Positions 18,627 through 28,296 of a stretch of DNA of 64,000 bases are shown in pieces. Each line of letters begins with the position of its first letter. Position 1 is the stretch's first letter. Made by a program: the position numbers and the translations under genes. The notes under the pieces were generated by a model, which did no database searches, had not been told where the DNA came from, and worked only from the letters and a program-made list of their open reading frames with translations. The DNA comes from an uncultured Candidatus Bathyarchaeia archaeon. Lineage in GTDB: Archaea; Thermoproteota; Bathyarchaeia; Hecatellales; Hecatellaceae. Location: assembly GCA_964569845.1 (NCBI GenBank), contig CAZMUQ010000001.1, positions 70,664 through 134,663 of the forward strand, written 5' to 3'.

Positions 18627-19046
18627 TTGCGTGAGGAAGAAAAGCTTATAGAAGAAGTTTGTAAAAAGATAAAGGAAATTGGAAAAATAGGTGAAGATGA
18701 GAAACAAAAACTTTACGAAGTCTTTGGTAAGCGTTTTAGGAATGCATTAAAAGCTTTAGATGAAGAAGCTATCAAGAAGTATGTTTTTAAGCCTAGTGGA
18801 AGAACCGTGTGGATTGTTGTTGGTAAAGAGAGAGATTATGAAGTTATTCCGCTTGTTGGATACTGTAGTTGTGATGACTTCTATTTTAGGGTTTTAAGTG
18901 GAAGTGTTTTTTTATGCTACCATGTAATAGCTCAAAAACTTGCGGAAGCATTAGGAAAATATGAAGTTATAGAGGAGGAGGACTCTTTTTATGAAGTTTT
19001 AATGAAAGAGTGGCGTTTTATTAGTGAATCTAACCCCTCAGATTGA
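18627..19046 (+). CDS. SWIM-type zinc-finger domain protein (hypothetical)
   Basis: CxC...CxH pattern (GYCSCDDFYFR...CYHVIA), 139 aa. Confidence 0.4.
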   Translation: MREEEKLIEEVCKKIKEIGKIGEDEKQKLYEVFGKRFRNALKALDEEAIKKYVFKPSGRTVWIVVGKERDYEVIPLVGYCSCDDFYFRVLSGSVFLCYHVIAQKLAEALGKYEVIEEEDSFYEVLMKEWRFISESNPSD

Positions 19047-19065
19047 GTTTTAAACTGTACATCTC

Positions 19066-19079
19066 TCCAAAAAATTGGA
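19066..19079. promoter_or_regulatory. dyad motif TCCAAAAAATTGGA, about 70 bp upstream of atpD
   Basis: Identical 14-mer to 14667-14680 (15 nt identical including the preceding C). Confidence 0.4.
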
Positions 19080-19150
19080 CAATTTAAGTTAAGCCAAATT
19101 TTAAATATGGGAAATTTAAAACTAGCTTTTAGACTTAATAGGCGAGAAAA

Positions 19151-19807
19151 TTGTCGAGAGAAATTATTGCTGGAGTTCATGCTACAAGAGCTGAGATGCT
19201 TAGACTTAAAAGAAGAGTTCAAATTGCACGTAGAGGTCATGATTTGCTTGTTGAAAAAAGAGATGCTCTTCTTATGCATTTTTTTGATGCTGTTGGAAAG
19301 TTTGAAAACATTCGTAAAAGATTAGAGGCTGCCTTAATTGAAGCATACAAGAAATTTATTAGGGCTAAACTTATTGTAGGTTCAGATAAAATTTATGAGC
19401 TGGCTTATTCTATGCCTGAACGTTTTGAAATAGACGAAAAAATTAGGAATATTATAGGAGTACCTATCCCAATTTTTGAGGTTTATATTAAGGATAAGCC
19501 TGAAAAAGGTTGGTGGTATAATACCCAAGAAACATCCGCTACTATTGATGATGCTGTAAAAGGTATGGAGGAAGTTGTTAAGCTTATGGTAGAGTTAGCT
19601 GAGGTTGAAACAGCTGTAAAAAGACTTGCAGAAGTAATTATCATGACAAAAAGAAGAGTTAATGCACTTGAGAAAGTTATAATTCCTAGGCTGGAAAATA
19701 CTGTAAAATATATTCAAATGCAGCTTGAGGAAAGAACAAGAGAAGACTTTTTCAGGTTAAAGAGAATCAAAAAGATTCATGAAGTACAAAAAGCTGCTGT
19801 AGCTTAA
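19151..19807 (+). CDS. atpD: A-type (V-type) ATP synthase subunit D
   Basis: TTG start. Strong similarity to archaeal AtpD throughout (TRAEMLRLKRR...RGH.LL..KRDAL and TKRRVNALEKVIIPRLENTVKYI...REDFFRLKRIKK). Confidence 0.85.
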   Translation: MSREIIAGVHATRAEMLRLKRRVQIARRGHDLLVEKRDALLMHFFDAVGKFENIRKRLEAALIEAYKKFIRAKLIVGSDKIYELAYSMPERFEIDEKIRNIIGVPIPIFEVYIKDKPEKGWWYNTQETSATIDDAVKGMEEVVKLMVELAEVETAVKRLAEVIIMTKRRVNALEKVIIPRLENTVKYIQMQLEERTREDFFRLKRIKKIHEVQKAAVA

Positions 19808-20205
19808 TCTACTTTCTTCCTAGATGTTAGCATTAGAATTGCTTGAGCAAGATCTCCTTTACATTCTTTTAATGCTGCTTTAGCTTCTTCAAAATCTACG
19901 TTTGCTTGTTGAGCTACAAGTAAAACATCTTCATCTGAAATTTTTTCATCTCCCTCTAATAGTTTAAGTTCTTCTGAAAGAGTTTTTTCCTCTACTTTTT
20001 CGCCAAAAACTTGAAAAATCTTTTGACCCTGAACTTCAAGCAAAGTAACCATAGGATTCTGAATTATTATTTCTTTTGTTGAAGTTTTTAGGACAACTTC
20101 CTTAACATCCTCAACTTCCTTAGTATTTACCCCAAATTTACCCATAATTCGTTTAAGTTCTCTCGAGCTTAAGCGTCTCATAAGATATTCAAAACTCTTT
20201 CCCAA
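19804..20205 (-). CDS. nascent polypeptide-associated complex protein (archaeal NAC alpha, with C-terminal UBA)
   Basis: NAC domain (MMRRLSSRELKRIM...GVNTKEV) and UBA-like end (DVLLVAQQANVDFEEAKAALKECKGDLAQAI). Confidence 0.8.
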   Translation of the reverse strand: MGKSFEYLMRRLSSRELKRIMGKFGVNTKEVEDVKEVVLKTSTKEIIIQNPMVTLLEVQGQKIFQVFGEKVEEKTLSEELKLLEGDEKISDEDVLLVAQQANVDFEEAKAALKECKGDLAQAILMLTSRKKVD

Positions 20206-20207
20206 AT

Positions 20208-21377
20208 TTAATCCTTACGGGAAGTAAACCTTGAATCTCTTGTTTGCAACCCCCATAACTTAATAAATCCATATGCAATAGATTGGTTATATTCAGGCTT
20301 CCTATAGATTGCATATGGAGAAGACCTCCCAACAACGGTTATGCTGCCCTTAAAAAGTTTAAGCCTAACATCTCCAGATACACGCTGCTGAGTTCTATTT
20401 ATAAATGCATCTAAATCCTCTCTTAATGGGTCCATCCATAAACCTGAGTAAACAAGCCACGCCCATTCAGCATCAACATATTGTTTGAATGCAAGCTCAT
20501 GTTTAGTTAAAACAAGTTTCTCTAAATCTTTATGAGCTTCAATTAAGCATAAAGCTGCAGGGCACTCATAAACTTCTCTAGACTTTATTCCAATAACCCT
20601 ATCTTCAATATGGTCTATTCTACCTACTCCATGTTTCCCAGCGAGTATATTTAATTGTTCTATTAGAGTAATAGGATTAAGCTGGTCACCATTAATAGCT
20701 ATAGGGATACCGTTTTCAAATGTTAATGTAACATATTCAGGAATGTTTGGAGCTTCTTCCGGTGATACTGTTAGTTCAAAAACTTCTGATGGAGGTTCTT
20801 CTGCAGGATTATCAAGAGGCCCGCATTCTATAGACCTACCCCAAAGATTCTGGTCAATACTGTATGGATGAGTTTTTAATGTTAAAGGTATTCCATGCTT
20901 TTTCGCATATTTAATTTCTTCCTCCCTTGTTAACCTCCATTCACGTACAGGAGCAATAATTTTTAAATCTGGAGCTAGCGACTCGATTGTAACTTCGAAT
21001 CTAATTTGGTCATTTCCTTGACCGGTGCAACCATGAGCAACAGCAGAGGCCCCTTCTTTTTTTGCAACTTCAACAAGCTTTTCAGCTATTAATGGTCTTG
21101 AAAGAGCACTGCTTAAAGGATACTTTCCCTCATAAAGGGCATTAGCCTTTATTGCTGGAAAAATAAATTTTTCTACGAATTCTTTTTTTGCATCTATGGT
21201 ATAATGTTTTACTGCTCCTGATTTTATTGCTTTTTGCTCAATAACTTTTAGATCCTCTTTTTGACCTACATCAACTGTTAAAGTTATAACTTCAAATTTG
21301 TAGTGTTCACTTAACCATTTAACCATAACTGATGTATCAAGACCTCCAGAATATGCAAGTACAACCTTTTCCACCAA
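20208..21377 (-). CDS. argG: argininosuccinate synthase
   Basis: [12 protein letters not shown]-binding motif, 389 aa, ArgG family. Confidence 0.9.
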   Translation of the reverse strand: MVEKVVLAYSGGLDTSVMVKWLSEHYKFEVITLTVDVGQKEDLKVIEQKAIKSGAVKHYTIDAKKEFVEKFIFPAIKANALYEGKYPLSSALSRPLIAEKLVEVAKKEGASAVAHGCTGQGNDQIRFEVTIESLAPDLKIIAPVREWRLTREEEIKYAKKHGIPLTLKTHPYSIDQNLWGRSIECGPLDNPAEEPPSEVFELTVSPEEAPNIPEYVTLTFENGIPIAINGDQLNPITLIEQLNILAGKHGVGRIDHIEDRVIGIKSREVYECPAALCLIEAHKDLEKLVLTKHELAFKQYVDAEWAWLVYSGLWMDPLREDLDAFINRTQQRVSGDVRLKLFKGSITVVGRSSPYAIYRKPEYNQSIAYGFIKLWGLQTRDSRFTSRKD

Positions 21378-21444
21378 TAACTAAAAACACCACCCTTACC
21401 TGTTGAAAGAAAGGATAATTACCATGCTAATTAATGTTTTATAG

Positions 21445-21960
21445 TTAAAATTGATAATCTCCAAACCTTTTAAGATACTCGATAAGTCCACCACTATTTA
21501 AAATATTGATTAAAGGTTTCGGGATAGGTTTAAACTTGTAATTTTTACCAGTTTTAAGGTTACTTATTAACCCTTTTTCTAAGTCTACTTCAACGATATC
21601 TCCTTCAACAATCTCCCTAGCAGCATCTTTACATTCTATTACAGGTAAACCTATGTTTATAGCATTCCTAAAAAATATTCTTGCAAAAGATTCTGCTATT
21701 ATTGTGGAAATCCCTACCTCCTTTAATACTCTTGGTGCATGTTCACGGCTTGAACCGCAACCAAAATTTCTACCAGCAACAATAATATCTCCTAGATTAA
21801 CCTTTTTTGAGAAATTAGGGTCAATTCCTTCCATTGCATGTTTAGCAAGCTCCTTCATATCTAAGGTTTTAAATTTATATTTTCCAGGAATTATTATATC
21901 GGTATTTACATCATCACCAAACTTCCAAACCTTACCTTTAAACTTCATACAGCATCCCAC
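21445..21960 (-). CDS. leuD: 3-isopropylmalate dehydratase (or homoaconitase) small subunit
   Basis: 171 aa, LeuD/aconitase swivel domain (GDDVNTDIIIP, FGCGSSREHAP). Confidence 0.8.
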   Translation of the reverse strand: MGCCMKFKGKVWKFGDDVNTDIIIPGKYKFKTLDMKELAKHAMEGIDPNFSKKVNLGDIIVAGRNFGCGSSREHAPRVLKEVGISTIIAESFARIFFRNAINIGLPVIECKDAAREIVEGDIVEVDLEKGLISNLKTGKNYKFKPIPKPLINILNSGGLIEYLKRFGDYQF

Positions 21961-21965
21961 ACATA

Positions 21966-23222
21966 CTAGCTACACTTATATTCTACAATCTTACCCTTTA
22001 TAGCTGAAGCTGCAGCAGTTATTGGAGAGCAAAGATATATATCTGCTTTATCGCAACCCATTCTTCCAACAAAGTTTCGGTTGGCTGTTGAAAGAACGAT
22101 TTCTCCTTCAGCTGGGACACCTTGATGAGCTCCAACACATGGACCGCAACCAGGGTTACAAACAGTGCATCCAGCTTCAACAAAAATTTCCATTAAACCT
22201 TTTTTTAATGCTTCAAGATATACTCTCCTTGAAGCTGGAACAACTATCATTCTTGTTTTTCTATTTATTTTTTCACCCTTCAATATTCTTGCTGCAACTT
22301 CTAAATCTTCAACTCTACCATTGGTACATGAACCAAGAAAAACTTGGTCAACCTCTAAACCTTCAATTTCACTTACAGATTTAACATTGTCAACAGTTGG
22401 AGGACAAGCTATTTGCGGTTCCAGGTTGGAAATATCAAATTCATATACTTCTTCAAAATAAGCATCCTTATCGTTCTTTACAACTTGGAAATTTATTTTA
22501 CCTCGGATAGCTTCAATATAGCTCATTGTCTTATTATCTGGTTCAACAATACCTGTTTTTGCTCCAATTTCAACAGCCATATTACATAAGGTTAATCTTC
22601 CATTAACACTTAATTCCTTAACAACATCTCCAGAAAAATCAATAGCTTTATAAGTTGCACCATCAGCTTTAACTTCACCAGCAATATAAAGAATTATATC
22701 CTTTGCTGTAATATTTGCTGGAATATTTCCAGAAATGTTGTATCTAACAGTTTCTGGAACCTTAAACCAGAGTTTACCTGTTTTAAAAACAGCAGCCATT
22801 TCTGTTGAACCTATTCCTGTTGCAAAAGCACCTAACGCACCATAAGTACAAGTATGAGAATCTGCACCAACAATAAGCATACCTGGAAGAACATGATTTT
22901 CAACCATTAATTGGTGGCCTATTCCACAACCAACATCATAGAAGTTTTCTATATTTTGCTCAAAAGCAAAATTTCTTAAAAGCTTCTGAAGATTTGATGT
23001 ACCCTCAGATGCACTAGGAGCAACATGATCTATAGCAAGAACTATTTTCTTAGAGTCCCAAACTTTCTCAGCACCCATTTCTCTAAACGATTTTATAGCT
23101 AAAGGGCCTGTACCATCATGAGCCATAGCAAAATCTATATTTGCAACTATAAGTTCACCAACTTCAACTTTTCTTCCTGAAGCCTTTTCTAAAATTTTTT
23201 CTGTAATAGTTTTACCTGCCAA
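21966..23222 (-). CDS. leuC: 3-isopropylmalate dehydratase large subunit (aconitase family)
   Basis: 418 aa, aconitase catalytic-domain motifs (GSCTNGR, CGPCVG, IVLSTANRNF). Confidence 0.85.
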   Translation of the reverse strand: MAGKTITEKILEKASGRKVEVGELIVANIDFAMAHDGTGPLAIKSFREMGAEKVWDSKKIVLAIDHVAPSASEGTSNLQKLLRNFAFEQNIENFYDVGCGIGHQLMVENHVLPGMLIVGADSHTCTYGALGAFATGIGSTEMAAVFKTGKLWFKVPETVRYNISGNIPANITAKDIILYIAGEVKADGATYKAIDFSGDVVKELSVNGRLTLCNMAVEIGAKTGIVEPDNKTMSYIEAIRGKINFQVVKNDKDAYFEEVYEFDISNLEPQIACPPTVDNVKSVSEIEGLEVDQVFLGSCTNGRVEDLEVAARILKGEKINRKTRMIVVPASRRVYLEALKKGLMEIFVEAGCTVCNPGCGPCVGAHQGVPAEGEIVLSTANRNFVGRMGCDKADIYLCSPITAAASAIKGKIVEYKCS

Positions 23223-23336
23223 CCTTTCACCTGATAAACTTATAGGTACTTGTACTTAAAGTACTAATTATATGATACTTAGTTAAAAATTAACAGTAAA
23301 AATAAAGCTTTTCTTTTATTTAGTTAATTTTTTTAA

Positions 23337-24032
23337 ATGTTGACATTAGTGATGGAAAAACAATTAAAAGGAATCTTTTTATTATCAGTTTTAAGAATAT
23401 TACAGGAGAAATCTTCATTTTCAGTAGATGAGCTTGCAAACATGCTTTTAGTACCTAAAAATGATGTTATGAAATACTTGAACACTCTACTTGATGAAGG
23501 ATTAGTAAATAAAGATCAGAGAGAATTTACGGTGAAACAACCACAAAAGATTATGATCGGTGTTAAAGCTGTAGAAAGCGGGTATACTATAGAAACTGTA
23601 AGCCGATACTTATCATGGGAAGATTTTGAAAAAATGGTTCAAACTATTTTTGACTTTAAAGGTTATAAAACTATAACTCATAAAAGGTTAAAAGTTGAAA
23701 AGAAAATTTTTGAAATTGACGTTTTAGCTTTTAATGAGAATTTATGTTTTTGTGTTGATTGTAAACATTGGAAGTATGGACTTAATAGGTCAAGGATTAG
23801 CGAGATAACAAAAAGGCAAGCTGAAAGAGCAAGGTTAGCTTCATTTAGCTTAAGGAAGATCGATGAAAAAATTGCTGAAAATACTCTAGTAATACCATTA
23901 ATAGTAACCTTAACAGAAGTACCTTATAAAACTTTTAACATGGTTCCATTGGTACCTGTACTAAAATTAAAATCTTTTCTTGAGGGTGTTCAAGGATGCC
24001 TACAAAATATTGTAACATTTAAAGTAAGTTAA
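23337..24032 (+). CDS. winged-helix plus PD-(D/E)xK (Mrr-cat-like restriction endonuclease fold) protein, hypothetical
   Basis: N-terminal wHTH-like segment. The C-terminus has FEIDVLAF...CFCVDCKHWK, resembling the E-x-D...(D/E)-x-K nuclease core of Mrr-type endonucleases. Confidence 0.45.
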   Translation: MLTLVMEKQLKGIFLLSVLRILQEKSSFSVDELANMLLVPKNDVMKYLNTLLDEGLVNKDQREFTVKQPQKIMIGVKAVESGYTIETVSRYLSWEDFEKMVQTIFDFKGYKTITHKRLKVEKKIFEIDVLAFNENLCFCVDCKHWKYGLNRSRISEITKRQAERARLASFSLRKIDEKIAENTLVIPLIVTLTEVPYKTFNMVPLVPVLKLKSFLEGVQGCLQNIVTFKVS

Positions 24033-24052
24033 AAATAAACTCTCTGGTGAAA

Positions 24053-25225
24053 CTACTTTCTACATGAATCTCTTATAATTTCAGAAATATCCCTAACCAC
24101 TAATTTTTCTTCCATCTCCTCATCCTTTAATGCACTTTCAAACATTACCATACAACTTGGACATGCTACTGCTAAAACTTTAGCTCCAGTTTCATAAGCC
24201 TCCCTAACTCTGACTCTATTAGGGCTATCTTCAGAGCCTCCCAGAAGATCCATTATGAAATTTCCACTTCCACCTCCACAACAAAAACTATTTCCCCTAT
24301 TTCTCCTCATCTCTAAAAGTTCAAGGCCTGGAATACTTCTTAAAATTTCTCTTGGGGTTTCATAAATCCAATTATACCTACCAAGAAAACATGGATCATG
24401 ATAAGTAACTTTAACCTCAGTTTTTGAAAGCTTTATTTTTCCACTTTTAATTAAGTCGTGTAAGAGTTGTGTATAGTGTAATACTTCAAATGTTCCTCCA
24501 AGCTTAGGATACTCATTTCTCATAATATTGTATGAGTGAGGGGAAAGTGTTATGATTCGTTTTACACTTAATTCTTTGAATTTTTTTATGTTTTGTTCAG
24601 CTAATAGCTGATATAAGCCCTTTTCACCTAGCATAAACACTTCATTGCCATCACAATTTTCCTCATTTCCAAGGATACCAAATGAAATACCAGTATCATT
24701 TAATATTTCAACAAGACTTTTAGCTATTTCCTGTGCACGATTATCATAAGAAGCTAAACAACCAACGTAAAGAAGGTAGTCATCAGTAGGCTTAAACTTT
24801 CTTACACTAACATTTTTAGTCCATGCTTCTCTTCCACTTTTAGACTTCCCCCACGGATTCCCGTATTTTCGTATATTTTCAAGAAAATCCCTTATATTTG
24901 GGGGTGCTAACCCTCTTTCAATAACTTCTCCTCTTACAGAAGTAATCCAATTAACAATATCCTGATTAAATCCCATAGGGCAATGTTCAACGCAATTTTT
25001 GCAGGTAGTACACGTATAAATTATGTTTGCAAGATTCTCACTCCAGCTAATTTCACCATTTAACCATGCATACATAAGCCATAATCTGCCACCTGCAAAA
25101 TAGGTTTCAAATCTGAAGCGCTTATATGATGGACAATTATAATCCACAAAATCACTTGTGAACTTACAGTAACCGCAAGCAAAACATCTATAAAGCTGAA
25201 GGGAGCTTAAATTTGCTTTTTCCAA
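24053..25225 (-). CDS. Fe-S oxidoreductase, GlcF/LldE-like (2x[4Fe-4S] + two CCG domains)
   Basis: CxxCxxCxxxCP motifs followed by HDPCFLGRY and CCGGGSG cysteine-rich CCG domains. Confidence 0.6.
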   Translation of the reverse strand: MEKANLSSLQLYRCFACGYCKFTSDFVDYNCPSYKRFRFETYFAGGRLWLMYAWLNGEISWSENLANIIYTCTTCKNCVEHCPMGFNQDIVNWITSVRGEVIERGLAPPNIRDFLENIRKYGNPWGKSKSGREAWTKNVSVRKFKPTDDYLLYVGCLASYDNRAQEIAKSLVEILNDTGISFGILGNEENCDGNEVFMLGEKGLYQLLAEQNIKKFKELSVKRIITLSPHSYNIMRNEYPKLGGTFEVLHYTQLLHDLIKSGKIKLSKTEVKVTYHDPCFLGRYNWIYETPREILRSIPGLELLEMRRNRGNSFCCGGGSGNFIMDLLGGSEDSPNRVRVREAYETGAKVLAVACPSCMVMFESALKDEEMEEKLVVRDISEIIRDSCRK

Positions 25226-25226
25226 G

Positions 25227-26609
25227 CTAATCTACCTCCCAATTTCCAGGATTCATAATTCCATATGGGTCAAGAAGCTTCTTTATCTGCCCTATTAACT
25301 TACGCGTATTCTGATCCATACGTTTTAAGATTTCCTGTTGAGCTGGTATTTCAGCCTTCCAAGGAGCTCCACCTAGCTCTAAAGCTATAAGGTCACATTC
25401 ATGTAGAGCTTTTTCTACACGTTCCATATCTGATGGATCTATGCGGTTAAATGGAAATGAAAAGCCAAACATCATACAATGGCCTCTACCAATAACACGT
25501 GAAGCTATAGCCCAAGTAGTCTTATATTTTTCAGCTACTTCAACCATTCTTCTATAAGCCTCAGGATATTTTTCAATAGGAATAATTGGTCCTGCATACT
25601 GGAAACCCCCACCCCTTTTTACATCAGCAAATCGTGTTAAACTACTTTGAGGCATTTCTAAAAGTACTGGTTTAATATCTGGTGTTAAAAGTATAAAGCC
25701 TCCTTCCTTACGCTTGATGTAATCCCTAACAGAATCTATAACTATTTTCCTTTTAAACTCGATTTCTTCTTCACTATCTCCGGTTACATACACAGTTATA
25801 TGGTGTATTCCCTTATAGATTAAGGGATATGGCTGCGTCCAAACGTTTACATCTTCAACTATTTCAGTATAGGTAATACGTGCTATAATATCTGGAACAA
25901 GGTTCTCATCATCTGTTACAAAAATTTCAACATCCCTTATTTTTTTGTTTGGGTATAGTTTTATTCCTATTTTTGTTATTATTCCTGTTGTTCCAAACCA
26001 TCCTAGGAATAGTCCTGAAAGGTCTGGTAGGGGTGGTCCTTTAGAAAACCAGTAGGGTGATATTGAACATGAACCAATCCTACAAACATCACCACAAGGT
26101 AAAACAACCTCCAAACCACAAACCATATCCGAATTAAAACCATACTGTTGAGTTAAGCGTCCCTGCCCATGTATAACAACATTCCCAACAACAGTTGCAG
26201 AAGGAGGAGCATCAGGAATTGAAAATCTTAAACTTGGGTGGTAATGCTCTAAGTAGGCTTTTAATTTTCCAGTTGTAACTCCAGCTTCAATAATAGCATA
26301 CCTAGATTTCTCATTTACCTCTAAAATTTTATCCATTCTTTTTAAATCTAAAACTATTCCACCTTTTAAAGGTCTAACCAAACCTGTTAAAGCAAGACCT
26401 GCCCCTCTAACTACAATAGGAATTTTCTCTTTACATGCAAGTTTAACAATTGCTTGAACTTCATCTACAGTTTTTGGTAATACAATATAGTCTGGTTTAC
26501 AAGGCTCTGTTAATCCTTGATCTCGAGAATAAAAATATTTTTCTTCCATTCTGTTTGAAACATATTTTTCCCCAACTATCTTAGTTAAAGCTTCATATAT
26601 ACCGCTCAT
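25227..26609 (-). CDS. FAD-linked oxidase (GlcD / D-lactate dehydrogenase-like)
   Basis: 460 aa with an FAD-binding PCMH-type domain (VVRGAGLALTGLVRP) and a C-terminal FAD-oxidase domain. Confidence 0.7.
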   Translation of the reverse strand: MSGIYEALTKIVGEKYVSNRMEEKYFYSRDQGLTEPCKPDYIVLPKTVDEVQAIVKLACKEKIPIVVRGAGLALTGLVRPLKGGIVLDLKRMDKILEVNEKSRYAIIEAGVTTGKLKAYLEHYHPSLRFSIPDAPPSATVVGNVVIHGQGRLTQQYGFNSDMVCGLEVVLPCGDVCRIGSCSISPYWFSKGPPLPDLSGLFLGWFGTTGIITKIGIKLYPNKKIRDVEIFVTDDENLVPDIIARITYTEIVEDVNVWTQPYPLIYKGIHHITVYVTGDSEEEIEFKRKIVIDSVRDYIKRKEGGFILLTPDIKPVLLEMPQSSLTRFADVKRGGGFQYAGPIIPIEKYPEAYRRMVEVAEKYKTTWAIASRVIGRGHCMMFGFSFPFNRIDPSDMERVEKALHECDLIALELGGAPWKAEIPAQQEILKRMDQNTRKLIGQIKKLLDPYGIMNPGNWEVD

Positions 26610-26626
26610 AAATCTTACCTCCCAGC

Positions 26627-27640
26627 TTAAAACATTACAGGTTTTTCACCTATAGCAAGTTTACAAAGTTCACTCATCAATATTGGTTTCATACCAAGCT
26701 TACTTACTTTCTCAGCTAGGGTAAAATAGCATGCTGGACAATTAAAAACAACATACTCTGCACCAGCTTTTTTCATATCTTCAACATTTTTTCTTTGCAA
26801 CTCTTCGCTTAACTCTGGGTATCCAAGCTCCTTTATTATTCCAGCACAACATAATGCGTTTTCTCTATCATATTTTCTTTCAACACGTTTAACACCAATC
26901 AGTTCAAATATATCATCAACAAAATGTTCTTTATCAGGTGTTAATCTAGTTGAACAGTTACGTTGGTATGCTACCTTAAAGTTTAATGGTTTAATCATTT
27001 TTTCATATTCCCTCAGCTTATTATAGAGGTATTCAAAAAGATGTATGGGTTTGAATGGTACTTTAATGCCGTATGCTGGTGCTAGAGATTTAAACAATCC
27101 ATAACATTCATCATGAAAACATATAAGCTCCTTAACACCATACTTTACAATATTTTCTATTATTACAGGCACCCTCTCCTTTATTACTGAAGGTTTTCCA
27201 AAATGTAAGTAAACAACATTACAGAAAACATGCCTTCCACAAATTATTGAGAGACCTTCAAAAAGTTTACCCTGAATTAATGGTACAAGCTGAGGAAAAA
27301 AGCATAGCGAAATTACAGGCTCTTTAACAGGTTTAATTTCAGGCTCTCTTCCAGTCAACTCCCCCGTCTGAATCCAACGTTTGATTATTGGTTTTGGTGC
27401 TGGTAAGATTTGTTTTTCTTCCTGACGTTCAACTATAAGGTAGAATGGGTGATTACCATATCTACAATATTCTTCACAAGCATAACATGTTTTACAGCCA
27501 TGCAAAACAGGAGAATCCTCACCATTAACAATTTTTCTTATCTCCCTTCTAGCCTCAGCAAAACCCAAACCCAAATACTGACACTTAACCAAACAATCAA
27601 AAGAAGGACAAGCTAAACACATATCTGCATTAAAATTCAA
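26627..27640 (-). CDS. CCG-domain Fe-S protein (HdrD/GlcF-like)
   Basis: N-terminal Cys clusters and C-terminal CCAG cysteine-rich motif. Confidence 0.5.
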   Translation of the reverse strand: MNFNADMCLACPSFDCLVKCQYLGLGFAEARREIRKIVNGEDSPVLHGCKTCYACEEYCRYGNHPFYLIVERQEEKQILPAPKPIIKRWIQTGELTGREPEIKPVKEPVISLCFFPQLVPLIQGKLFEGLSIICGRHVFCNVVYLHFGKPSVIKERVPVIIENIVKYGVKELICFHDECYGLFKSLAPAYGIKVPFKPIHLFEYLYNKLREYEKMIKPLNFKVAYQRNCSTRLTPDKEHFVDDIFELIGVKRVERKYDRENALCCAGIIKELGYPELSEELQRKNVEDMKKAGAEYVVFNCPACYFTLAEKVSKLGMKPILMSELCKLAIGEKPVMF

Positions 27641-27814
27641 CCTAAAAATGCAATATACCTCCTTTTAACTTTTAGATAAAACATCTTCTATTATCTAATA
27701 AAGATTATAATCTTAGTTAAATTTAAAATTAGCTAATGAATTTAAAGAGAAGAAGCAAATTTTAGTGTAGCCTTAGCTATATACTAATCCCGGCTTTTCC
27801 CGGCTTTAAACTTA

Positions 27815-28294
27815 CTACACTAGTTTTCTTAATGTTTCTGCAAATTTTTCTATTTCTACTTTTCTCTTAATATAGGCGGCTTCATCCGCCATGACTAGTT
27901 TAAGCGCCCCATATACACAATACTTGACGCATTCCGGATCTCCTTCACATAAATCACACTTTACTACTGTTTTTTCTTCAGGTTTTACTACAGGAGCACC
28001 AAGGGGACAAGCTATTACGCACATTTTACAGCCTATACATCTATCCTCATTTATAACTACAGCTCCAGTATTCTCATTAAATGATATAGCCTCCATAGGA
28101 CAAACGTCGGCGCAGATAGGCTTAAAGCAGTGTAGACAAGGCATAGGCATGTTTATTCCTAATGGTGGAATCCATAAAGTTTTTAATCTTGCCTTTGCCA
28201 GACTAAATGAGCCCTCCTTAGCTAGAGAGCAGGCTAATGCGCAGTTTCTACATCCAACACATTTTTCAAAATCTACTAATATCATTTTATACAT
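27815..28294 (-). CDS. 4Fe-4S dicluster ferredoxin-domain protein (polyferredoxin)
   Basis: Four CxxCxxCxxxCP-type motifs in 159 aa. Confidence 0.75.
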   Translation of the reverse strand: MYKMILVDFEKCVGCRNCALACSLAKEGSFSLAKARLKTLWIPPLGINMPMPCLHCFKPICADVCPMEAISFNENTGAVVINEDRCIGCKMCVIACPLGAPVVKPEEKTVVKCDLCEGDPECVKYCVYGALKLVMADEAAYIKRKVEIEKFAETLRKLV

Positions 28295-28296
28295 AG

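Noticed and set aside
10950-19080. Alternative reading of the TCCAA-N4-TTGGA copies as att sites of a larger ~8-kb element spanning to 19.07 kb
   Set aside because: That span would include pdaD and carS, which are core lipid and polyamine genes unlikely to be mobile cargo. The motif is more likely a regulatory or terminator element that happens to recur, or it bounds only the 10.95-14.68 kb segment.
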